Positions 29,715 to 38,944 of a stretch of 39,774 bases of DNA are shown piece by piece. Below the pieces are notes generated by a model. The model was given only the letters and a program-made list of their open reading frames with translations, was not told the origin of the DNA and searched no databases. Position 1 is the first letter of the stretch; each line of letters begins with the position of its first letter. The DNA is from Candidatus Eiseniibacteriota bacterium (lineage in GTDB: Bacteria > Eisenbacteria > RBG-16-71-46), in the NCBI GenBank assembly GCA_044222065.1, contig JBGAOA010000040.1, positions 1-39,774 of the forward strand, written 5' to 3'. A program made the translations under genes and the position numbers.

Positions 29715-30746
29715 ATGCCGCCCGCCCTCCGCTCTCGACCGATCGGCGCGCGCGCTCGAAGCGCGCGATGGGCGATCGCCTCGGGCCTCGTGGCGATCGT
29801 GCTCGCGAGCTGCGGCGAAGGCGTCGCCCCGCCGACCGAACCCGGCCCGACGACTTTTCCGGTCACCGGCACGCGCCTCGTCGCGTTCGCGAGCGACCGC
29901 GGCGGGAGCGTCGGCGCGTTCGACGTCTACCTCTACGACCTCGACAACCGCGGGCTGCTGCCGCTCGACGGCCTGAACAGCGCGACCGGCGTGGACGCGG
30001 GACCGACGTTGTCGCCCGACGGGCGCTGGATCGCGTTCCATACGCTGAGAGGCGGCGCGAGCGGCTTCGACGTCGCGCTCTACGACCGTTCGATCCGCGC
30101 GCTCGTGCCGCTCGCGGCGGTGAACACGACGGCGCTCGAGCTCCACCCCGCCTTCTCGGGCGACGGGCAGCACCTCGCGTTCGTGCAGTCGTTCGCGCTC
30201 CAGCAGCGCATCCGTCTCACCGCCGACTTCCCGCCCACGGCGCTCGCCGCACTCCCCGGGCTCGACACCGTGACGACCGGACTCCACGACGACGCGCTGC
30301 CCTCGCCCGATTCGACCGCGCGCCGGATCGCGTTCATGTCCACGCGCCGCGGCGACACCGACGTCTTCGTGTGGGACCGGGACTCGAGCCGCACGCTCGC
30401 GCTGCCGGCGCTCGTCTCGGACGCGACCGACACCGAGCCCTCGCTGTCGCCGAACGGCCGCTGGCTCGCGTTCGCTTCGGCGCGCGGCGGCACCGTGCTG
30501 CAGATCCTGCTCTACGACCTCGTCGCGCGCGCGTTCGTCGCGACACCGGGGCTCGCGGACGCGGCCGACCAGCGACGCCCGAGCGTCTCGGACGACGGCA
30601 CGCGCATCGTGTTCGAGTCGGCGCGCGCGGGCGCGCTCGGGCGCACGGACCTGTGGGTCTACGACCGGATCGCGGGGACGGTCACGCAGCCCGCGGGGCT
30701 CTCGAGCGCCGCGGACGACGCCGACGCGTGGCTGCGCTGGAAGTGA
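29715..30746 (+). CDS. TolB-like PD40 beta-propeller lipoprotein
   Basis: Lipobox LASC. Repeats PTLSPDGRWIAF, PAFSGDGQHLAF, PSPDSTARRIAF, PSLSPNGRWLAF, PSVSDDGTRIVF. Start uncertain. Confidence 0.8.
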   Translation: MPPALRSRPIGARARSARWAIASGLVAIVLASCGEGVAPPTEPGPTTFPVTGTRLVAFASDRGGSVGAFDVYLYDLDNRGLLPLDGLNSATGVDAGPTLSPDGRWIAFHTLRGGASGFDVALYDRSIRALVPLAAVNTTALELHPAFSGDGQHLAFVQSFALQQRIRLTADFPPTALAALPGLDTVTTGLHDDALPSPDSTARRIAFMSTRRGDTDVFVWDRDSSRTLALPALVSDATDTEPSLSPNGRWLAFASARGGTVLQILLYDLVARAFVATPGLADAADQRRPSVSDDGTRIVFESARAGALGRTDLWVYDRIAGTVTQPAGLSSAADDADAWLRWK

Positions 30747-30755
30747 GGCGCCCGG

Positions 30756-31226
30756 TCAGCCGAGGAACGGCAGGCCGGCCGCGCGCAGTCCCGCCGCGAG
30801 CAGGTGGAACACGACGCAGGTCGTGACGCCCGCGATCACGTCGTCCGCCACGATGCCGAATCCGCCCGGCAACGCCTGCGCCTCGCGAGCCCCGAGCGGC
30901 TTCCACACGTCGAAGACGCGGAACAGGAAGAACGACAGCGCGAACGCGACGAGCGTGTGGGGCACGAACAGCAGCGAGAGCGTCTGGCCGACGGCCTCGT
31001 CGGCGACGATCGGATGCGCGTCGTGTCCGAGTTCCTTCTCGGCTTCGCCGCACACCCAGATCGCGACCGCGGTCCCGGCGAGGATCAGCGCGATCGTCAC
31101 GGCGAGCGGCGGCACGGGCAGGAACCAGCCGATCGCCGCCACGACGGCGCTGCCCGCGGTCGCGGGCGCGATCGGCGCGTAGCCCGAGGGGCCGAGCGTC
31201 GCGATGAAGCGGACGAGCGCCTTCAT
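30756..31226 (-). CDS. pgpA: Phosphatidylglycerophosphatase A
   Basis: G..P.APATAGS, HDAHPIVADEAVG, FFLFRVFDVWKP, GGFGIVADDVIAG. Confidence 0.92.
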   Translation of the reverse strand: MKALVRFIATLGPSGYAPIAPATAGSAVVAAIGWFLPVPPLAVTIALILAGTAVAIWVCGEAEKELGHDAHPIVADEAVGQTLSLLFVPHTLVAFALSFFLFRVFDVWKPLGAREAQALPGGFGIVADDVIAGVTTCVVFHLLAAGLRAAGLPFLG

Positions 31227-31231
31227 GGGCG

Positions 31232-32215
31232 TCAGCGCGACCGGAACGGGTTGAGCCAAGACGGCAGGCCGGTGCCGGTGCGTTCGGGACGCGGCGCCGT
31301 CGGCGCGGGCGGCGCGATCGCGGGGGACGCCGGCAACGGGCGGGCGACGGCGGGCTGCGGCGCGGGCGACGCGACGGGACGCGGCGCTTCCGAAGCGGGA
31401 CGCGGGCCCGGCACGACCGGCACGAGCGCCGCGGCGGCGGCGGGCGCGATCACGGCCGGCTCGTCGGCGCGAATCGCGGGCGACGGGCGCACGGTGGCGG
31501 TCGCGGCGACGGCGGCGAGCGCGGGTGCGGGTGCGGGTGCCGGTCGCGCGACGGCCGGACGCGCGGCGGGCTCGAACCCCGCGGCGCCCGCTCCGGCGCC
31601 CGCGGCGACGGCCGCCTGCTGCGTCTGGCCCGCGAGCCGCGCGAGCACGAGCTTGCACATCGCGCGCAGCGTCTCGCTCACCCCGCGCCCCTGGTTCGCG
31701 ATCGCCTCGAACTCCGGGCGGTTGTCGCGGTTGAGCATTGCGTGCATTCGGGCGACGGGCATCGCCACGGGCAGGTCGCGCTTGTTGAACTGCACGACGC
31801 GCGGCAGCGCCTTGATCTCGGGATCGGTGAGCCCGTGCGCGCGCAGGTGCCGGACCAGGTCCACGAGCGATTCGAGGTTCGACTGCTCGCGGGCCGGGTG
31901 CGAGTCCGCCACGTAGACGATGCCGTCCACGCCCTGGAGCACGGCGCGCCGCGAGAGCTGGTAGTAGACCTGGCCGGGCACCGTGTAGAGGTGGAAGCGC
32001 GTCTGGAAACCGTTCACGACGCCGAGATCGATCGGCAGGAAGTCGAAGAACAGCGTCCGCTCGCTGTCGGTCGCGACCGAGATCAGCTTTCCGCGCCGTT
32101 CGGGCGGCAGGCGGTCGTGGAGCACGCGCAGGTTGGTGGTCTTTCCGCCGAGCCCGGGACCGTAGTAGACGATCTTGAAGTGGATTTCGCGGGTGCGGTG
32201 ATTGATCAGCGCCAT
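31232..32215 (-). CDS. mglA: MglA-family small GTPase with a ~130-aa Pro/Ala-rich C-terminal extension
   Basis: KIVYYGPGLGGKTTNL, ERTLFFDFLP, FHLYTVPGQVYY, NKRDLP, EAIA. Confidence 0.92.
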   Translation of the reverse strand: MALINHRTREIHFKIVYYGPGLGGKTTNLRVLHDRLPPERRGKLISVATDSERTLFFDFLPIDLGVVNGFQTRFHLYTVPGQVYYQLSRRAVLQGVDGIVYVADSHPAREQSNLESLVDLVRHLRAHGLTDPEIKALPRVVQFNKRDLPVAMPVARMHAMLNRDNRPEFEAIANQGRGVSETLRAMCKLVLARLAGQTQQAAVAAGAGAGAAGFEPAARPAVARPAPAPAPALAAVAATATVRPSPAIRADEPAVIAPAAAAALVPVVPGPRPASEAPRPVASPAPQPAVARPLPASPAIAPPAPTAPRPERTGTGLPSWLNPFRSR

Positions 32216-32375
32216 GCAGTCTCCCGCTCTCCCGCGGCGCTCTCCCGCGCCGGGCGCGATCCAGCGGGCCCGAGGGCGAGACGGCGAGGGAGAGAGGATC
32301 GAGGTGTTTCCGCCGGATACTCCGCAGTGACGATCGACCGAGCCAATGCAGCCGTCGGGCCGCTCGAACGGTGAC

Positions 32376-32864
32376 CTAATCGCCGAACAGCGCGTCGACC
32401 TCCTGGGCGGCCGCCATCGCGTATTCGGGAGTGGCCGCCACCGGTTCGCCGATGCCGACCTTCTCGAACAGCTTGCGGAACACCCCGTCGAGCACCGTCG
32501 CCGCGCGCTGTGCCCGGAACCGCACGAGTCCGAGCGTGCTGCGCTTGTCGAAGACGGTGGACATGATGACGCGGTCGGCGAGCAGACACGAGTGCACCGA
32601 ACGGCGTTCCCCTTCGCTCACGACGGCTTCAACGCCCTGCGCCTCGCCGAGCAGCTGGGCGAGTTCGGCATTGGCGGTGAAGTCGGCGGCGATGAGGCTC
32701 GCGAACGCGGTGACATCGAAGTCGTTCGCACGGCCCGCCGAAGCGATCAGCTGCCCCGAGCGGTCCACGAGATGGACGGACAGCGCGTTCGTGCGCTCCA
32801 GGAGTTCGGAGAGCACGGCGTCGATCGCCTGGAAATCCTTTTCAAACAGAGTCCATTGGGGCAT
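32376..32864 (-). CDS. mglB: MglB roadblock/LC7 protein (GAP for MglA)
   Basis: LVDRSGQLIA, FASLIAADFTA, FDKRSTLGLVRFR, C-terminal EVDALFGD, located upstream of mglA. Confidence 0.9.
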   Translation of the reverse strand: MPQWTLFEKDFQAIDAVLSELLERTNALSVHLVDRSGQLIASAGRANDFDVTAFASLIAADFTANAELAQLLGEAQGVEAVVSEGERRSVHSCLLADRVIMSTVFDKRSTLGLVRFRAQRAATVLDGVFRKLFEKVGIGEPVAATPEYAMAAAQEVDALFGD

Positions 32865-32991
32865 GGCACCCCCCGCGCGCAGCGGAGATGGGATGTCAGA
32901 GGTCAGGGACTCGTGGCACGTCCTGTGGAGCGCTTTGTAGCACGGCGCGAGCGAGCGGAGCAAGAGAATGCGTCGCGCGTTCGACGAACTT

Positions 32992-34086
32992 CTAGCTCGA
33001 CGCCGGCGGCGGCGCGTCGTCCTCGAGCCAGCGCGGATCGTCGTGTTCGTCTTCGATCTCGCCGACGATCTCCTCGAGGATGTCTTCGAGCGTCACGATG
33101 CCGAGGAACGTGCCGCGCGCATCGCGCACGACCGCCATCGGACGCTTCTCGCGCTTGAACAGCTGCAGCAGCCAGCCGACGCTCTGGTTCGGATGCGCGA
33201 ACAGCGGCGGGTACATGGCATCCATCACGATCACGAGGCCCTCGAGGCTGAACAGGTGGAAGAGGTCCTTCGTGTTGACGATGCCGACGATGTTGTCGAG
33301 TTCCCCGTCCCACACCGGCAGCCGCGTGTGCGCGGTCTCGCGGGCGGTCTCGAGCACCTCGTCGGGTTTCGCGTTCAGCGACAGCGTCACGACCTTCTCG
33401 CGCGGCACCATCACGTCGGCGACCGTCTTGTCGGACAGCTCGAACACGTTGCGCGCGTAGGTCGCCTCGTCGGGCTGGATGACGCCGGCCTCCTGCCCCT
33501 CCTCGATCAGCATGTCGATCTCGTCGGGCGAGTGGACCTGGTGGCCGACCTCGACCGGCGGCAGCCGCAGCTGCTTCACGACCCAGTTGCCGGCGCCGTT
33601 CATGAAGCGGATGAACGGCCGGAACGCCCGGCCGAACAGGAGCAGCGGCCCGGCGACGACGAGCGCGACGTCCTCGGCGCGCTCGAGCGCGATCGCCTTG
33701 GGCGCGAGCTCGCCGAGCACGACGTGCAGGAACGTGATGATGAGGAACGCGAGCGCGACGGCCGCTCCGTGGGTCAGGGCGACGCTCCAGCCGCCCGGGA
33801 TCGCCACGAACAGCGGGTGCACGAGGTGCGCGAGCGCCGGCTCCCCGATCCAGCCGAGCGCGAGGCTCGAGAACGTGATTCCGAGTTGGGTCGCCGCGAT
33901 CGCGTCGTCGCGCTTCTCGATCGCGTCGCGCACCGCGGTCGCGCCGAAGCGCTTCTGGTTCACGAGCTCCTCGACGCGCGTCCAGCGCACGGTCACGAGC
34001 GAAAACTCGGCCGCGACGAAGAACGCGTTGAGGCCCACGAACAGCAGCACGAGCAGCAGCTGCAGGACGTCGAAGAGGTACGGCAC
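32992..34086 (-). CDS. HlyC/CorC (CNNM/DUF21 plus CBS pair) membrane protein
   Basis: GTG start. LNAFFVAAEFSLV, QLGIT..SLALGWIGEP, GELAPK, VMVPR, HTRLPV, GIVTLEDILEEIVGEIEDEHD. No C-terminal CorC_HlyC domain visible. Confidence 0.9.
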   Translation of the reverse strand: MPYLFDVLQLLLVLLFVGLNAFFVAAEFSLVTVRWTRVEELVNQKRFGATAVRDAIEKRDDAIAATQLGITFSSLALGWIGEPALAHLVHPLFVAIPGGWSVALTHGAAVALAFLIITFLHVVLGELAPKAIALERAEDVALVVAGPLLLFGRAFRPFIRFMNGAGNWVVKQLRLPPVEVGHQVHSPDEIDMLIEEGQEAGVIQPDEATYARNVFELSDKTVADVMVPREKVVTLSLNAKPDEVLETARETAHTRLPVWDGELDNIVGIVNTKDLFHLFSLEGLVIVMDAMYPPLFAHPNQSVGWLLQLFKREKRPMAVVRDARGTFLGIVTLEDILEEIVGEIEDEHDDPRWLEDDAPPPASS

Positions 34087-34097
34087 GGCGCCCGCGC

Positions 34098-34715
34098 CTA
34101 CTCGACCTCGCGCCGGCCTTCGAGGGCGCGCGCGAGCGTGACGAGATCCGAGTACTCGAGGTCCGAGCCCATCGGCACGCCGCGCGCGATGCGCGTCACC
34201 TTCACGCCGAGCGGGGCGAGCAGCTGCTGCAGGTAGAGCGCGGTCGCCTCGCCCGCGACGTTCGGGTTCGTCGCGAGGATGATCTCCTTCACCTCGGGGC
34301 CGCCGCCCGAGGGCTCGGGCCGCAGGCGCTCGAGCAGCTCGCGGATGCGCAGCGTGTCCGGCGAGGCGCCGTCGAGCGGCGACAGCGCGCCGCCGAGCAC
34401 GTGGTAGCGGCCGCGGAACTGGCCCGTGCGCTCGAACGCGATCACGTCCCCGGGCTGCTCGACGACGCACACGATCGAGCCGTCGCGCTTCGGATCCCGG
34501 CACAGCAGGCACGGGTCCTCTTCGGTGAAGTTGCCGCACACGCGGCAGAAGTGGACGCGTTCCTTCACCGCGCGAATCGCCTCCGCGAGCCGCAGGGCGT
34601 CTTCGGTCGGGGCCTTGAGCAGGTGGAGCGCGAGACGCTGGGCGCTCTTCTGGCCGATCGTCGGGAGCTTCGTCAGCTCTTCGATCAGCAGCTCGAGGTA
34701 TTTGGAGGAGTACAT
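34098..34715 (-). CDS. recR: Recombination mediator RecR
   Basis: [14 protein letters not shown]4 zinc finger CRVCGN..CLLC, Toprim [27 protein letters not shown]. Confidence 0.97.
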   Translation of the reverse strand: MYSSKYLELLIEELTKLPTIGQKSAQRLALHLLKAPTEDALRLAEAIRAVKERVHFCRVCGNFTEEDPCLLCRDPKRDGSIVCVVEQPGDVIAFERTGQFRGRYHVLGGALSPLDGASPDTLRIRELLERLRPEPSGGGPEVKEIILATNPNVAGEATALYLQQLLAPLGVKVTRIARGVPMGSDLEYSDLVTLARALEGRREVE

Positions 34716-34728
34716 GGGGGCGTGCCGG

Positions 34729-35034
34729 TCAGAACGGCAGCTGGAAGCCTCCCGTCAGCTTGCCGATCGTCTCGTTCATGCGCGTCTCGGAGGTCTTCTG
34801 CGCCTCGCCGACGGCGGTGAGGATCAGGTCCTCGAGCAGCGTGACGTCCTTCTCGTCGAGAGCCTTCGGGTCGATCTTGAGCTCGCGCAGCATCTGCTTG
34901 CCGTCCACGACCGCCGTGACGAGGCCGCCGCCCGCGCTCGCCTCGATGCGCTCGTCCTTCAGCTTCTCCTGCAGGTCCGCCATCTTCTTCTGGACCTTCT
35001 GCGCTTCCTTCACCATGTCGCCGAAGCTCTTCAT
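34729..35034 (-). CDS. ybaB: Nucleoid-associated protein YbaB/EbfC
   Basis: [33 protein letters not shown]. Lies between dnaX and recR. Confidence 0.95.
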   Translation of the reverse strand: MKSFGDMVKEAQKVQKKMADLQEKLKDERIEASAGGGLVTAVVDGKQMLRELKIDPKALDEKDVTLLEDLILTAVGEAQKTSETRMNETIGKLTGGFQLPF

Positions 35035-36928
35035 CCGTTCTTCCTTTCGCTGCTTCGCCGCGGGTCGATGACCTCGCCGTCGAAGAATTCGATCGCCCGA
35101 TCCACGAGCGGCTTCACGTCGTCGTTCGCCGGCGGACGCGGCGCCTCGGCCGGCGCCTCGCCGATCGCGCGCCGCACGTCCATCGGCCGGCCGAACGCGC
35201 GCGCGAGTTCCTCGGCGAGCAGCGCCCGGTTGTCCTTCTCGTGCACGACGGCCGCGTGCAGGTCGTCCATCGCGAGCAGCACGGCGTCGTCCGCCACGCC
35301 CGCGAACCGGCTCTCTTCGAGGAACGCGCCGAGCATGCGCTTCTTGGAATTCACGCCCGCGAGCGTCTGGCGCCACTTCGCCATCACGGGATCGCTCGTG
35401 TCGGCCTCGACGTCGGCGAGCGCGACGGGCGCGGACGCGGCGGCGCGCGGCGGCGCGGCGGCGGGCGCGGCGGGAGCGCTCGCGGCGGCAGCGCGGCGCG
35501 GCGGCGGGCGCGGCGGGCGCCGCGGCGCGCGGGGCGGTCGCGACGGTGGCGGCGCGGGCGCCCGCGGTCGCGTAGGGCGCGGCGCCGGCGGCCGGCGCCG
35601 AGGCGCTCGCGCTCGGCGCGCTTCCCGGGCCGCCGCGCGCGGGCGGCGCGGGAGCGCGGCGTCGCGGGCGGGACGTACGGTGCGGCCGCGCGCGGCATCG
35701 CGCCGCCGCCGCCGCCCGCGGCGCGCGGCGGCGCGCCGGGCGCGCCCGCGAGGCGCGCTTCGAGCGCCTCGAGCTTCGCGAGCACGTCGCCGAGCGCCTC
35801 GCCCGATTCGAGCGTCGCCATCTGCATGACCGCGGCCTCGAGGTGCACGAGCGGCTGCGCGCTGTCGCGCATCGGCCACGCCGCCTCGGAGGCGATCTTG
35901 AGGAGCCGCAGCAGGTCGCCCTCGGACCAGTCCTTGCCCTGCTCGCGCAGGCGCGCGAGGTCTTCGGCCGCGAGCGGCACGAGGTCGCCGCCCTTCGGGT
36001 CCACCTTGAGGACGAGCAGGTGCCGCACGTGCTCGGCGAGCCCCTCGACGATGTCCTTGGGATCGAGCCCCTTGTCGAACGCCTCGTGCACGGCGCGCAG
36101 CGCGGCCGCGGCGGCGCGGCGCACGACCGCTTCCGCCATCGTGAAGAACACCTCGCGATCGGCGATGCCGAGCACGCGGCGCACGAGCGCCTCGTCGATC
36201 TCGGGTTCGCCCGCCGAGACGACCTGGTCGAGCGCGCTCACCGCGTCGCGCATCGAGCCCTCGCCCTTGTGCGCGATCAGCAGCGCGGCGCCTTCGGTGA
36301 GCGTGAACTTCACGCCGTCCGCGTCCTTCGACTCGCGCTTCTGGATCTCGATCAGGCGGTCGGCGACCTTGCGGATCGGCACGCGCGCGAAGTCGAAGCG
36401 CTGCGTGCGCGAGCGGATCGTGTCCGGCAGCTTCTGCGGATCGGTCGTGGCGAAGATGAACACGAGGTGCGGCGGCGGCTCCTCGAGCGTCTTCAAGAGC
36501 GCCGCGAACGCGTCGTTCGAGAGCTGGTGCACCTCGTCGATGATCACGACGCGGTGGTTCCCGCCCGTCGGCGCGAAGCGCACCTTCTCGCGCAGCGCCT
36601 GGACGTCGGCGATGCCGCGGTTCGAGGCGCCGTCGATCTCGGCCACGTCGAGCGACACGCCGGAGGTGATCTCGGTGCAGCTCGTGCACGCGTTGCACGG
36701 GTCGGCGCCCTTGAGCTTGCCGGCCTTGCGCCGCTCGCAGTTGAGCGCCTTCGCGAGGATGCGGGCGCTCGTCGTCTTGCCGACGCCGCGGGCGCCCGTG
36801 AACAGGTAGGCGTGGGCGGCGCGGCCGGACTCGATGGCGCGCGTCAGCACCAGGCTGACGTGGTCCTGGCCGATCAGGTCGGCGAACACCTGCGGCCGGT
36901 ATTTGAGCGTCAGCGCACGATGCGACAT
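35031..36928 (-). CDS. dnaX: DNA polymerase III subunit gamma/tau; reading frame broken in the Pro/Ala linker
   Basis: KYRPQ, GARGVGKTT, EIDGASNRG, IIDEVHQL, LKTLEEPP, GSMRDA. The tau-like C-terminus (KWRQTL..LGAFL..VDRAIEFFDGEVI) is in another frame and ends at 35031, overlapping the ybaB ATG. Confidence 0.93.
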
Positions 36929-36963
36929 GGGGGCACTTTAGGGGAGCGCGAGTCGAGGGAAAA

Positions 36964-37061
36964 GGGCCAGGGTGACAGCGGCGCACCCGAAGGTTTGCTT
37001 ACCGCTGCTACCTTCCGGTCCTGACGGGGTTCACAAGTCCGAGTCGCGCTGCGCCTGGCCC
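36964..37061 (-). ncRNA. ffs: Signal recognition particle RNA (small, 4.5S type)
   Basis: Domain IV motif GTCAGGACCGGAAGGTAGCAGC, terminal stem GGGCCAGG/CCTGGCCC, classic position upstream of dnaX. Confidence 0.95.
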
Positions 37062-37079
37062 ACAAACCGGAAAAGAAAA

Positions 37080-37155
37080 TGGTGGAGATGATCGGATTCG
37101 AACCGACGACCCCCTCGTTGCGAACGAGGTGCTCTCCCAACTGAGCTACATCCCC
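37080..37155 (-). tRNA. tRNA-Ala(CGC)
   Basis: GGGGATGTAGCTCAGTTGGGAGAGC, anticodon arm CCTCG-TTCGCAA-CGAGG, GGTTCGAATCC, encoded CCA, G3:U70 Ala identity pair. 76 nt. Confidence 0.97.
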
Positions 37156-37232
37156 ACCGATATTCGCGATGTCGTCGCCGGCGGCCTCTGCGATCCCGTG
37201 CGGAACGGGCCCGGAACGCCGAGCGGGCGCGC

Positions 37233-37260
37233 ATTCTAGCAGGCGCGCCGCTTCGGTCAA
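37233..37260 (-). promoter_or_regulatory. Sigma70 promoter for tRNA-Ala, ffs and dnaX
   Basis: TTGACC (37260-37255), 16 nt, TAGAAT (37238-37233) with an extended TGn. Confidence 0.7.
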
Positions 37261-37326
37261 GCGCACCCGCGGCCGCCGATCGCGGCCGATGCGCGCCGAT
37301 TTCGTGCGACCGGAGCAACTCGAAAC

Positions 37327-37417
37327 TGGCGGAGAGAGTGGGATTCGAACCCACGAGGCGGTATTAGCGCCTACACGATTTCCAATCGTGCTCCTTCAAC
37401 CACTCGGACATCTCTCC
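37327..37417 (-). tRNA. tRNA-Ser(GGA)
   Basis: GGAGAGATGTCCGAGTGGTTGAAGGAG, anticodon arm CACGA-TTGGAAA-TCGTG, long variable arm, GGTTCGAATCC, CCA. 91 nt. Confidence 0.97.
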
Positions 37418-37705
37418 GCGAAGGACGGACCCGCAGGGCGCGGGCACAAGGGCGGAACGGTTACCACGAGGGTTTGGAGCGGAGCAAACGTCCGAGCGAG
37501 CCTTCGCGCGCGCGCGACGCGCGCCGGCGAGCGCGGCCCGACGCGCCGCCGCACCGCGAATGCGCCGCGCGGCCGGGGCGGCGTCCCGATGCGCGCCGGA
37601 GCGCCCCATCCGCACGTTCCCCTGACACTCGCCTCGCCTCTTTCCTTAGAATGTCCGCCTCGTTCTGGGCTGGCGCTCCCGGCCCGACCCCTTCCGGAGA
37701 CTCGA

Positions 37706-38944
37706 ATGCCGCTTCGGCCCCCGATCGTCCGACCTTTCCTCGCTCTCGCGTGCGCCGCGCTCGCCTCGCTCGGCGCGCTCATCGCCGCCGCGCCCGCGCG
37801 CGCCGCGCAGCAGATCACCGTCGAGCAGGCCCGCGGCTGGAACACGGCCGCGAACGATCCCGCGAAGGCGGCGGGCATCATCCCCGAACTTCGCGCCTAC
37901 CTCGCCGACCCCGATCCCGCCTACGAGGGCCTCGTGCGCCAGCTGCTGCTCGCGGCGCTCATCACGACGAAGCAGCCCGGCCCGCAGATCGTGCTCGCGG
38001 CCGATTCGACCGGCGTCAAGGTGCCCGAGCAGCGCCGCGGCATGTTCTACGCGCAGGTCGCCGAGCAGCTGCTCGCGCGCGACCTCGAGCCCAAGGCCAC
38101 GCTGCGCTACGCCCGCTGGGCGCGCGACTACGTGCCCGCCGACGGCGATCCGCGCATGGCGCCGCTCCGGGCCATGGTCACGGGCACGCTCGGCCGCGCC
38201 TACCTCGCGAACGGCCAGTCCGACAGCGCGCTCTCGCTGCTCCGCGAAGCGCTGCCCGCGCACCCCGAAAGCTCGATCGTGCTCACCGCGATCGGCGGCG
38301 TGCACGAGAAGCGCGGCAGCCTCGACGAAGCCGAGCGCTGGTACCTGCGCGCGGCGAGCGTGTACCTCGCGCGCGACACGAGCGCGAACGCGCCGTTGCG
38401 GAAGTTGTGGACGAAGCGGCACGGCTCGCTCGCCGGCCTCGACGCGAAGCTCGCCACGTCGCGCAAGGCGTCCATGAAGGCGGTCGCGCTCGATGCGCGC
38501 AGCGAAACGCGCGCCGCGCCCAACTGGACGCTGCAGAACCTCGCCGGCGAGAGCGTCTCGATGTCGCAGTTCAAGGGCAAGGTCGTCGTGCTCGACTTCT
38601 GGGGCTCGTGGTGCGGCCCGTGCCGGCAGGAGCTGCCGATCTTCCAGCGCGTGTACGAGAAGTACCGCTCGAAGGGCGTCGCGTTCGTCGGCATCAACTG
38701 GGAGCAGCCGGGCAACAGCGCGGACGTGCGGCTCAAGAAGGCGAAGGACTACATCGAGGCGAACAAGTACACGTTCCCCGTCGTCGTGGATCCCGACCGG
38801 CTCGCGGTGGACCCCTACCAGATCACGGGCTTCCCGACCGTGTTCCTCGTCGACAAGTCGGGCAGCATCCGCTACCGCAACACCGGCGTCGCCGAGGGCA
38901 TCGAGACGATCCTCCAGGACCAGATCGAATCCCTGCTCGAATGA
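37706..38944 (+). CDS. Exported TPR-containing TlpA/ResA-family redoxin
   Basis: GGAG RBS, signal peptide ending ARA, TPR-like LGRAYLANGQSDSAL..IGGVHEKRG.LDEAERWY, thioredoxin fold GKVVVLDFWGSWCGPC..FPTVFLVDKSG. Confidence 0.9.
   Translation: MPLRPPIVRPFLALACAALASLGALIAAAPARAAQQITVEQARGWNTAANDPAKAAGIIPELRAYLADPDPAYEGLVRQLLLAALITTKQPGPQIVLAADSTGVKVPEQRRGMFYAQVAEQLLARDLEPKATLRYARWARDYVPADGDPRMAPLRAMVTGTLGRAYLANGQSDSALSLLREALPAHPESSIVLTAIGGVHEKRGSLDEAERWYLRAASVYLARDTSANAPLRKLWTKRHGSLAGLDAKLATSRKASMKAVALDARSETRAAPNWTLQNLAGESVSMSQFKGKVVVLDFWGSWCGPCRQELPIFQRVYEKYRSKGVAFVGINWEQPGNSADVRLKKAKDYIEANKYTFPVVVDPDRLAVDPYQITGFPTVFLVDKSGSIRYRNTGVAEGIETILQDQIESLLE

Noticed and set aside
35400..35760. Repetitive GCC/GCG-rich tract resembling a tandem repeat array
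   Set aside because: It encodes the Pro/Ala linker of DnaX and has no fixed repeat-spacer period. The same applies to the MglA tail at 31260-31620. Not CRISPR.
37080..37417. tRNA genes as possible integration sites
   Set aside because: No integrase, and I found no duplicated tRNA 3' end beyond a chance 8-mer (TGGTGGAG at ~20796). The flanking genes are housekeeping.
37622..37652. Possible promoter CTGACA..TAGAAT for the TlpA gene
   Set aside because: The 19-nt spacer is too long to call with confidence.
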